Assembly: GCA_001899385.1 (NCBI GenBank)
Contig: MOYB01000006.1
Coordinates: 3,832-38,761, forward strand
Source: Candidatus Caenarcanum bioreactoricola
GTDB taxonomy: Bacteria; Cyanobacteriota; Vampirovibrionia; Caenarcaniphilales; Caenarcanaceae
DNA: 34,930 nt
Direction of reading: 5' to 3'
Numbering within the stretch: position 1 is the first letter of the stretch; each line of letters opens with the position of its first letter. The position numbers and the translations under genes are program-made. Positions 1 to 7,547 of this stretch are shown here, one piece after another. A model generated the notes under the pieces. The model was not told the origin of the DNA. It worked only from the letters and a program-made list of their open reading frames with translations, and searched no databases.

Positions 1-478
1 TTGCTCCTATATAAAGCCCAGAAACAGAAAGTATTCCCGAATCAAAAATCGAAAAAAGTCCTCGCCATAATTCATCTTCTGGATTTCTTCTAGGTTTGTT
101 TGAAGTTTCTTTAATTTTAAAAGGAATAGGTTTTTTTGAAGCCGATTTTATTCCTATATTTTCTTTGTAATATTCATTAAATTGATCTTTTTCTAAAGTT
201 TTTAGATATTCTTTATCAGATCTTTCAAAAATTTTATTTATAACATAACCACGAGTTAATCCTCCTAAAGCTGCCCCCATACCTGCTAATATTAATGCAT
301 AAAAAGCGATTTCTCTAATAACATGTTTAAATCCTTTCCAAAAACTTATTTCTTTAGATTTTTTTTGCTTTTCTTCTTCTTTAGCTAAATTAAAATTATT
401 AAATGTAGAATTCCTATATCTATATGAAGCTTTTAACACTCTATTTACAACTTTATTAATAGTTAAATATTTGTTCAT
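1..478 (-). CDS. Hypothetical membrane protein, partial (runs off the left edge; absent from the supplied ORF track)
   Basis: Read manually: ATG at 478 is open to position 1 (MNKYLTINKVV...EIAFYALILAGMGAALGGLTRGY...LSVSGLYIGA). It has one clear hydrophobic segment and a consensus promoter upstream. Confidence 0.8.
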   Translation of the reverse strand, partial: MNKYLTINKVVNRVLKASYRYRNSTFNNFNLAKEEEKQKKSKEISFWKGFKHVIREIAFYALILAGMGAALGGLTRGYVINKIFERSDKEYLKTLEKDQFNEYYKENIGIKSASKKPIPFKIKETSNKPRRNPEDELWRGLFSIFDSGILSVSGLYIGA

Positions 479-498
479 AAATTTATCTTAATATTAAA

Positions 499-528
499 AT
501 TATAGATAAATTAAAATAGTATTGTCAA
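499..528 (-). promoter_or_regulatory. Sigma70-type promoter TTGACA-N18-TATAAT for the partial ORF at 1..478
   Basis: Both hexamers are perfect consensus on the minus strand (-35 at 523..528, -10 at 499..504), 20 nt upstream of the ATG. Confidence 0.75.
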
Positions 529-557
529 TAAAAACTTAGAAAATTTTATATATTTAA

Positions 558-1118
558 TTACCAATTTATAATTTTTTCAGTTAATTTAGGCACACTATCA
601 AAAATAGAATCATTAGGATATAAATTTCTTTGTTCACTTGGGTTTGTTTTACGTCCTTTAATATCTTCAAATCGACCTAAATGTGAAGTTAAAGCTATGT
701 TTATAGTTGAAGTTGCTTCTTCAAAATCATCACACATTGACATTCCATCCATTAAACCATAAAAAATTAAAATTGGCTCATGAATTATTTGATCTGTAGT
801 TTCATCAAGTAATGCAAAATAAATTTTTAAAGGATTATATACAAACTGTTCTGTTAATACTAAAGCTTTTATATTTTTATCTAAACCACTTAAACTTATT
901 TCACTTTGTACTGCTTCAAATTTATTTGTTTCTTCAATTTCTCCTATAGATAAAAGATGTCCTGCTGAAATATATTCATTATTATTCCAAATTAAATTTC
1001 GTGAAAAATTAGTTAATCTAACTATACCTGTATCCCAAAAACCTTCTACAAGATTAATTGCAGAAGTATTTAGGCTTTTTAATTTATTTGAAATATTTTG
1101 ATCTATAATTTTTGGCAT
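558..1118 (-). CDS. Siphophage-type tail tip / baseplate hub-like protein (DUF2163 / lambda gpL N-terminal-like)
   Basis: Motifs WNNNEYISAGHLLSIGEIEE, EISLSGLD, IFYGLMDGM and EQRNLYPNDSIFDSVPKL..K.INW are typical of the small hub gene that follows Dit. Its start overlaps the Dit stop by 1 nt. Confidence 0.75.
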   Translation of the reverse strand: MPKIIDQNISNKLKSLNTSAINLVEGFWDTGIVRLTNFSRNLIWNNNEYISAGHLLSIGEIEETNKFEAVQSEISLSGLDKNIKALVLTEQFVYNPLKIYFALLDETTDQIIHEPILIFYGLMDGMSMCDDFEEATSTINIALTSHLGRFEDIKGRKTNPSEQRNLYPNDSIFDSVPKLTEKIINW

Positions 1119-1717
1119 TAGTTAAATACCTCCTCAAATTCAAGAGCCCAAGAAGCTTTTTTATGTAAATCCAGATTTAGACTTATTTCATCTTTAGTAT
1201 TGGCAACTGTAAAATCTACATCATTATAAATAATAGTTTCATCTTTTATTGGTATTTGTATAAGATTAGGAATAATAGTTAAATAGCCACAACCATTTGA
1301 ATCAGAATATAAGTCCTCTTCTATTTGATATACTTTTTTATGTCCGCTAAACCGAATAAAATCCCCTGTTGCAAGAATTTTTTTATTTGCCTCCATTCCA
1401 TAAACAGAGATTATTCGACCACTTTGATTGTCTAAATCAACTTTTATTTCCCCTTTATAATTAGTTTTAGTTGATGAATAATAAGGAATTATAATTTTAA
1501 AAGATTCATATCTTCCTCGTCTTGCATTTAAAAAAGCAAATATTTCATCGTGTTCTTGTCTAGACTTTCTTAAAAGTTCTATTGATATTTGCCAATAAGC
1601 GCCTCCAAAACTAGTTGCTTGTCTATATCCTGATTGAGATCTACATATTCTAGTATTGAATGTTGATTTAATTGAAGCCCCTGTTATTGAATAAAGTGGA
1701 AAAATTTTATCTGTCAT
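1118..1717 (-). CDS. Distal tail protein (Dit), T5 pb9-like
   Basis: Motifs SQSGYRQ..FGGAYWQISI, IFAFLNARRGRYESF, GDFIRFSGHKKVYQI and LTIIPNL; about 200 aa; lies between tape measure and hub in canonical gene order. Confidence 0.75.
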   Translation of the reverse strand: MTDKIFPLYSITGASIKSTFNTRICRSQSGYRQATSFGGAYWQISIELLRKSRQEHDEIFAFLNARRGRYESFKIIIPYYSSTKTNYKGEIKVDLDNQSGRIISVYGMEANKKILATGDFIRFSGHKKVYQIEEDLYSDSNGCGYLTIIPNLIQIPIKDETIIYNDVDFTVANTKDEISLNLDLHKKASWALEFEEVFN

Positions 1718-1738
1718 AAATTATTCTTGTCTGTTATG

Positions 1739-1756
1739 AAATGACTATAACAAAAG
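1739..1756 (-). promoter_or_regulatory. Putative tail-gene promoter motif, copy 1 (minus strand CTTTTGTTATAGTCATTT, extended -10 TGnTATAGT)
   Basis: 15/18 identical to 4392..4409; the TATAGT hexamer ends 26 nt upstream of the Dit ATG. Confidence 0.6.
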
Positions 1757-1813
1757 CTGTTTTTAAATCTTGAATATAGCTTATAATTTTTAAAGATTTT
1801 ATTAAATAAAATA

Positions 1814-2938
1814 ATGTTTAAAGAAATTTCAATTCAGAATCTTAGAGGAATAAAAGAATTAAAGATTGATGATTTTGCACAAATTAATTTATTTCTTGGA
1901 AAAAATAATAGTTGTAAAACAACAGTCCTAGAAGCTTTATATTGTGCAATTAATCCTAGTAATCCTAGTCTTCTTACTAATACAAATATAATTAGAGGTT
2001 TATTAAACACTACTAAAATTGAAAATATAAATAAAACATCAAGGTTTTCTATGGAATCTCTTTTTTATAATTTAAATACAGAAAATCCTCTTCAAATAAA
2101 TTCTGTTTTTAATTTCTTGGAATTAGAACAAGAAAAACAAAATATTATAATTACTGCTTTAAAAGATATTATTAGTTCTTCTGAAAAATCCTCGTCATCA
2201 ATTTCAACAGCATTAATAGAAATAATAAAAGGTTTAAATTTTTCTTTTGAAATTATTAAAAATAAAAGAAAAAAAGAAAAATTTGAATCTATACAAATTT
2301 TAAAAGAAAAAGAAATATTTGAAAATAAAATAGATGAAAAATATTTAAAATATGCAAATCAACGAAATGGTTTTTATTTATTTTCTCATATAGCAAATGA
2401 TCTTATAAATTCAGATTTAAAAAGTAAATTTGACAATATTCTTTATCAAAAGAAAGAAAAAGAGCTTATTGATAATTTTAAAAAACTAATACCTGAAGTT
2501 CAAGCAATTAAATTTCTTGATGCTTTTTATATTGATATAGGTTTACCTAAATTAATTCGTTTAGAATCTTTAGGAGAAGGAGCTAAAAAGTTTTTTGTAT
2601 ATATTTGTCGCTTATTAGGTGATGAGAGTTTAAAAGAGAATTCTATTATATTAATTGATGAAATAGAGAATGGTATATATTATGATTCTCAAAAAATTCT
2701 TTGGAAATTTTTATTTAATTTTGCTAAAGAGAAAAAAATTCAGATTTTTGCAACAACACATTCTATAGATTGTATAAAGGCATTTGTTGAAATTGCAGAA
2801 GAAGAATCAAAAAAGAAAGAAGATTTAATAAGAATATTTAGATTAATTAAAGGAGAAGATAATGTTTTTGATATTTCAAAATATAATCTCACTTCTGCAA
2901 AAATTATTTTAAATGAATACAATTTGGAGATTCGTTAA
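1814..2938 (+). CDS. ABC-type ATPase (AAA_15/AAA_21 family; AriA-like sensor of a putative defence or toxin-antitoxin pair)
   Basis: N-terminal ISIQNLRGIKEL, Walker A variant GKNNSCKT, signature SLGEG, Walker B ILIDEIENG and H-loop ATTHS. Confidence 0.85.
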   Translation: MFKEISIQNLRGIKELKIDDFAQINLFLGKNNSCKTTVLEALYCAINPSNPSLLTNTNIIRGLLNTTKIENINKTSRFSMESLFYNLNTENPLQINSVFNFLELEQEKQNIIITALKDIISSSEKSSSSISTALIEIIKGLNFSFEIIKNKRKKEKFESIQILKEKEIFENKIDEKYLKYANQRNGFYLFSHIANDLINSDLKSKFDNILYQKKEKELIDNFKKLIPEVQAIKFLDAFYIDIGLPKLIRLESLGEGAKKFFVYICRLLGDESLKENSIILIDEIENGIYYDSQKILWKFLFNFAKEKKIQIFATTHSIDCIKAFVEIAEEESKKKEDLIRIFRLIKGEDNVFDISKYNLTSAKIILNEYNLEIR

Positions 2939-3598
2939 ATGAAAAAAACAAAATTTCTTTTAGTTGAAGGTTCTGATGATAAAAGTTTTTTTCAACAGTT
3001 TTTTGAATCTTTAAAAATTGATTATGAAAAAGAAATAGAAATTATAGAAATGAAAACTAAATATACTAAAACAGTTGAATGGAAAGAAAGATTAAATGCT
3101 ATTAAAGAAAAATTTAAAGAAGAAAATAATATATTAGGAATAATTGTTGATTCAGATAATAAATTAGAAAAAACAATTAAGGATATTCAAGCTGCTTTTA
3201 ATGAACTTGATATTAAAGAAACAATAGAAAATCAAAAATTTATTAAAATAAACGAAAACCTAAAGATTGGACTTTTTATTTGTGAACCACGAGATTTAGA
3301 AAGTCTTTGTCTTAATATTATTAAAGAAAATTCTCCTTCTGAATTGAAAGAAATTCAAGATTTTTTAGATAAGAAAAAACAAAAACATAAAAAGATTTAT
3401 CATGAAGAAAAAAAAGATTTACAAGCATATTTAACTTATAAACAATTTATAGAGGAAAAATCAGAATTTCAATTATTTTTAGCAACACAATATAATTATA
3501 AATTTGCTTATTCCCCTGGAACCGCATCACAAAAAGGCTATATAAAATTTGATTTATTCAAGGATTTAAAAAAATTTTTAGAGAATTTTAGATCTTAA
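2939..3598 (+). CDS. TOPRIM-like protein (DUF3226/DUF4435-like; AriB-like partner of the ATPase)
   Basis: LLVEGSDD (TOPRIM glutamate), IIVDSD (DxD) and DLESL motifs; starts immediately after the ATPase stop (TAA-ATG). Confidence 0.75.
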   Translation: MKKTKFLLVEGSDDKSFFQQFFESLKIDYEKEIEIIEMKTKYTKTVEWKERLNAIKEKFKEENNILGIIVDSDNKLEKTIKDIQAAFNELDIKETIENQKFIKINENLKIGLFICEPRDLESLCLNIIKENSPSELKEIQDFLDKKKQKHKKIYHEEKKDLQAYLTYKQFIEEKSEFQLFLATQYNYKFAYSPGTASQKGYIKFDLFKDLKKFLENFRS

Positions 3599-3599
3599 T

Positions 3600-4367
3600 C
3601 TATTCAAAACTTGATCTGTTTAGTTTTTTATTTGAAGTTTTTTGAACTGTTTTAATTGTGTTTGCTCCTAAATATTTTTGAACTTCTGTTTTAGATAAAG
3701 CTCTAATAGTATCTTGTGAATCCATTGCACTTATATTTATAACTACTGAAGAACTTGCTCCTAAAGTCCTTGTATTTTCTTTAGTTAAAGCACTTTTAGG
3801 TATTATTTGCCCAGATGTTTTAGGTACAAAAATTTCTGCTTCTTTTTCTCCTACTATATAAGCACTGTTAGAAGAAACTGGTCCTCCATCCGCACGAAAT
3901 CCACCAAAGATCCCCCCTAGCCCACCAAGTAAGCTGCTAAAAATACTTCCACCAGCGCTACCACCTCCACCACCAAAAAGTCCTGCTAAATTAAAACCTC
4001 CAGACATAGAAGAACTTAATCCTTGAATTAAACTATTTGCAATTGAACTACTTATTGATTCAGCAACCCCTGCAAATATATTAAACATTGAACTAGCAAA
4101 CTCTCTTAAATTAAACTCACCAGTTTCAATTGCACTACAAATAGAATTTTTTAAAGTATTTCCTATTTGATTTGAAATACTTAAAATTTCATTAAAACTT
4201 TTTTTAAAATTACTAGTTTGATTAAAAGTTTGACTTAAGTCAACAGTTTGATTTTTAAAAAAAGATGAAGTTGTTTTTAATTCGTTTTGAGTTTGAGCTA
4301 GTTTAATTTTAAAATCTTCATTATCAGCTTTAATTTTTATAACTAATTCTTCTATTTCTTGAGCCAT
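3600..4367 (-). CDS. Short phage tail tape measure protein (GTA-like size, 255 aa)
   Basis: Typical TMP N-terminus (EELVIKIKADNEDF), helical middle, Gly-rich segment and conserved C-terminal motif GFRADGGPV...YIVGEKEAEIFVPKTSGQIIP...VVINISAMD. Confidence 0.85.
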   Translation of the reverse strand: MAQEIEELVIKIKADNEDFKIKLAQTQNELKTTSSFFKNQTVDLSQTFNQTSNFKKSFNEILSISNQIGNTLKNSICSAIETGEFNLREFASSMFNIFAGVAESISSSIANSLIQGLSSSMSGGFNLAGLFGGGGGSAGGSIFSSLLGGLGGIFGGFRADGGPVSSNSAYIVGEKEAEIFVPKTSGQIIPKSALTKENTRTLGASSSVVINISAMDSQDTIRALSKTEVQKYLGANTIKTVQKTSNKKLNRSSFE

Positions 4368-4391
4368 TTTATTAATAATTAAGTTAATACT

Positions 4392-4409
4392 AAAGGACTA
4401 TATCAATAG
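4392..4409 (-). promoter_or_regulatory. Putative tail-gene promoter motif, copy 2 (minus strand CTATTGATATAGTCCTTT)
   Basis: 15/18 identical to 1739..1756; the TATAGT hexamer ends 29 nt upstream of the TMP ATG. Confidence 0.6.
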
Positions 4410-4493
4410 GGCTTTCATTATAAATTTTTTAAATTGTACTAAGTCTTAATTTTTAAGGGAATAAATTTAGAAGAAATAAAAACACAAAGTTCA

Positions 4494-4838
4494 ATGAAAA
4501 AAATAATACTTTTTACTTTAACTTTTTTATTAGTTTTAGGCATTGTTGACCTAATTAAAGCAGAGCCTTTTAATTTTTATGAAAGTCCTTACTTCGGAGT
4601 AAAAGAAGAAGTTTATGAATATTATACTCCAAAGAGAATAACCCCTTTAATAGCTCAATTACCAGAATATTCAATGAGGGGACCAGGTTATATTTGTGAT
4701 AAGAGACAAGCTTCTCCTGTTTATCGTTATCCTTTACAATATAATAGACATATAGGTTATAGAGAAGCAGACTGGGCTAAAAACACTCTTTATGATAATG
4801 GCATTTTTCCTGTAAATTTTGGTGGCTACACTTATTAA
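4494..4838 (+). CDS. Small exported hypothetical protein, Tyr/Pro-rich
   Basis: Sec-type signal peptide (MKKIILFTLTFLLVLGIVDLIKA); 114 aa; 3' end overlaps the convergent CDF gene. Confidence 0.7.
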   Translation: MKKIILFTLTFLLVLGIVDLIKAEPFNFYESPYFGVKEEVYEYYTPKRITPLIAQLPEYSMRGPGYICDKRQASPVYRYPLQYNRHIGYREADWAKNTLYDNGIFPVNFGGYTY

Positions 4839-5718
4839 GTTTTAAACATTCATTATTACAAGGCTCAGTATGAATAGTAACAGAAGAGTTAAATAAAATA
4901 TTTTTAAGTTCTATTTCTATTTCATCACAAATAATATGTGCTTCTTTTATTCTTAAGCCTTTAGGCAATACAATAGTAAATTCAATAAATTTATTAGGAC
5001 CAGATTTCCTAGTTTTAAGATTATTAAAAGAGATTATTTTTTGTATAGAACAATAGGATTTTAGTATTTTTTTTATATCTTCTAGATTAGCTTTAGAGAG
5101 AGAACTGTCAAGAATATTTTTAGAAGAATCAATACAAAGATTCAATCCGGCTTTTATTATTAAAAGTCCAACTAAAATAGCTACAATTGGATCAAATATT
5201 TTAATTCCAGTAATTTTTATACAAATTAAAGCAATAAGTACTCCTGCAGAAGTTATAACATCAGTACGTAAATGTTCAGCATCTGCATGAAGTGCTATTG
5301 AATCCGTTTCTTTTGCAACTTTAAAAAGATATTTACTAACTAAGATATTTGCAACAATAGAAATACTCATTACAATAATGCCTAAAAAAGAATCAATATA
5401 ATCAAAATTTTTATTTATTAATTTTTCTACTGATTCATAGATTATATAAAAAGCAGCTAAAATAATAAGAAAACCTTCAATAAAACCAGATACTTCTTCA
5501 AATTTACCATGTCCATATTGATGATCTTCATCTGCTGGATTTGAAGAGATTTTTACCGCAATAAAAGCAATAAAAGACGCAAGTAAATCAACAAGAGAAT
5601 GTACTGCTTCTGAAATTATACTTATACTATTTGTAAAAATTCCTACAATAAGCTTTGATAAAACTAAAATTGTATTAGAAATTATTGAAATTCCTGCGGC
5701 TTTAATTTTATTATTCAT
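4777..5718 (-). CDS. Cation diffusion facilitator transporter (FieF-like)
   Basis: SEAVHSLVD, PADEDHQYGHGKFE, ADAEHLRTDV, C-terminal dimerisation domain (EAHIICD, TIHTEP), six TM segments. Confidence 0.93.
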   Translation of the reverse strand: MNNKIKAAGISIISNTILVLSKLIVGIFTNSISIISEAVHSLVDLLASFIAFIAVKISSNPADEDHQYGHGKFEEVSGFIEGFLIILAAFYIIYESVEKLINKNFDYIDSFLGIIVMSISIVANILVSKYLFKVAKETDSIALHADAEHLRTDVITSAGVLIALICIKITGIKIFDPIVAILVGLLIIKAGLNLCIDSSKNILDSSLSKANLEDIKKILKSYCSIQKIISFNNLKTRKSGPNKFIEFTIVLPKGLRIKEAHIICDEIEIELKNILFNSSVTIHTEPCNNECLKLNKCSHQNLQEKCHYHKECF

Positions 5719-5731
5719 TATTCTTTATATT

Positions 5732-6337
5732 TTAAACTAATTTCTCTCCAAGTTTCTTTGCTTTGTTTAATAATCTTTCCGAAAGAATTTCTTTTTTTTC
5801 ATGTCCTACAAAACCGATAAGAAAAGATTTTATAACTTTTGCTCCTAATACATTTGCAGATAATCCTAAAGTTTTAAAAGTTCCTGTCATAAAATATGCT
5901 AATGGCCAAGGCATTGCAGAAGAAGCAACAATTATTGCTTTTTTATTAAATTTCTTAATTCTATTTTGAGGAGGTCCTAATTTTTTCCAGGGCCAATAAG
6001 TAAAACAAAGCAATCTTTCTGCAAAACGACGCATTAAAGCAGTAGTATCATAAAAATTTACTGGAGAGGCAAGAATAATAGAATCTGCTTTTTCTATTTC
6101 ATTTAAAATTTCTGCCATTTCATCTTTTTTTTCAAAAATACATTCTTTTCTTTTTTCACCTTCTTCTTGAGTACAAATACGACAGTTAATACAGAATTCG
6201 ATTTGTTTATCTAAAAGATAGATTTTTTTAGTTTGAGCACCTTTCAATTCAGCAGATGCTAACATACTATCAACAGCTTGGTCTATAATCCCAGCTTTAC
6301 GATAAGTTCCTAAAATAGCTACAACTAATTTTTTCAT
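5732..6337 (-). CDS. Flavodoxin-fold NAD(P)H-dependent FMN reductase / iron-sulfur flavoprotein
   Basis: CINCRIC...C cluster motif, ADSIILASPVNF, RRFAERL. Confidence 0.88.
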   Translation of the reverse strand: MKKLVVAILGTYRKAGIIDQAVDSMLASAELKGAQTKKIYLLDKQIEFCINCRICTQEEGEKRKECIFEKKDEMAEILNEIEKADSIILASPVNFYDTTALMRRFAERLLCFTYWPWKKLGPPQNRIKKFNKKAIIVASSAMPWPLAYFMTGTFKTLGLSANVLGAKVIKSFLIGFVGHEKKEILSERLLNKAKKLGEKLV

Positions 6338-6421
6338 AAGTTTAATTTATTTTATCAAATTCAAAAGATTTATTATATATAAAAATCTTATTCATAATAA
6401 TTTGTTGAGAATAAAATTATT

Positions 6422-7423
6422 ATGAATAAGATTTTTAAATTACCTAAAAGTTATGTATTTTTTTGCTTTCTTACAACTTTTATGTTTATTGGATTTATTT
6501 TTATTTCTTATAACGTATCACTTACAAAAGGACTATGTTGTATTATTGGAATTAAAAAGCAACAAGTTAGATCTAATTGTGATAAAAAATGTTGTAAAGA
6601 AAATAAGTTTCCTCAAATAAATCCATTTAATAAAGAAGGATATCTTATTTTAAAAAAAGGATTTTTACTTTCTATTAATAATAATTATGATCGTATAGGT
6701 TTTTTTTCTCTTTTTATTTTTTCTTTTTTATTAATGTTATTTTCTTGGATTTATTATCTAGGTTCCTATGTTTTAGTCTCTGATAAATATTTAATTTTAA
6801 GAATGTTTTTTTATTATAAGAAAAAATATAATTGGTCAGATTTTCTCGAAATGGAAGAAACTAAATTTTCTTATTCAAAAGTTGCTTCTAAAGTCTTTTT
6901 AAAAACAAAATATTTTAAAGAAGTTTGTTTTTCTATTAAAAAAGAAGAATTTAATGAATTTAAAGAAATATTTAATAATAAAATTACTAATAATCTTCAA
7001 TTAACTGATTATTCTAAATTTATTAAACCAATTTCATTAGAAAAATATTATATGCAAACATTTATTTTTTCTCTCATTATTCTTATTATTCTTATTTTTA
7101 ACTTTAATATAGATTCAATAATATTTATTTTTTTTGCTTTATTAATTATGATATCTACACTTTCTTATCTTTTTTTAGTCCCTAAGGAAATTATTATTTC
7201 ATCTAATAAACAAATTAATTTTAAATATATTTTAAATTTTATGAATAATCATATAAAACTTGATGAAGGATATAAAATTATAATTACTAAATATCCAAGA
7301 AAATTTCTTTTGTATACAAATAAAAAAAATTTTACTTTAGCAAAAGCCAATTGGGAATTTAATTCTTTTGAAAGATTATTAAATTATTTAATTAAAGATG
7401 CTCTAGATATTATTGAAAAATAA
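6422..7423 (+). CDS. Hypothetical multi-pass membrane protein
   Basis: 333-aa ORF with about four hydrophobic segments in two TM-plus-soluble units and a Cys-rich loop (LCC...CDKKCC); no family recognised. Confidence 0.65.
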   Translation: MNKIFKLPKSYVFFCFLTTFMFIGFIFISYNVSLTKGLCCIIGIKKQQVRSNCDKKCCKENKFPQINPFNKEGYLILKKGFLLSINNNYDRIGFFSLFIFSFLLMLFSWIYYLGSYVLVSDKYLILRMFFYYKKKYNWSDFLEMEETKFSYSKVASKVFLKTKYFKEVCFSIKKEEFNEFKEIFNNKITNNLQLTDYSKFIKPISLEKYYMQTFIFSLIILIILIFNFNIDSIIFIFFALLIMISTLSYLFLVPKEIIISSNKQINFKYILNFMNNHIKLDEGYKIIITKYPRKFLLYTNKKNFTLAKANWEFNSFERLLNYLIKDALDIIEK

Positions 7424-7547
7424 TTTTTTTATTATATTTTTATTTTTAGAAATTTCCCTTATAAAACTATAGAAAACCCTAAACAATTTAAATTAAAATA
7501 AATTTTTAGGAAGAATTAAATAAAGATAGCTTATTTCAAAAAATATT

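Noticed and set aside
1757-3599. IS or transposon origin of the ATPase/TOPRIM insert
   Set aside because: No transposase, terminal inverted repeats or target-site duplication seen.
558-4367. Intact prophage
   Set aside because: No integrase, att repeat, capsid, terminase, replication or lysis genes; flanked by host-type genes with their own promoters.
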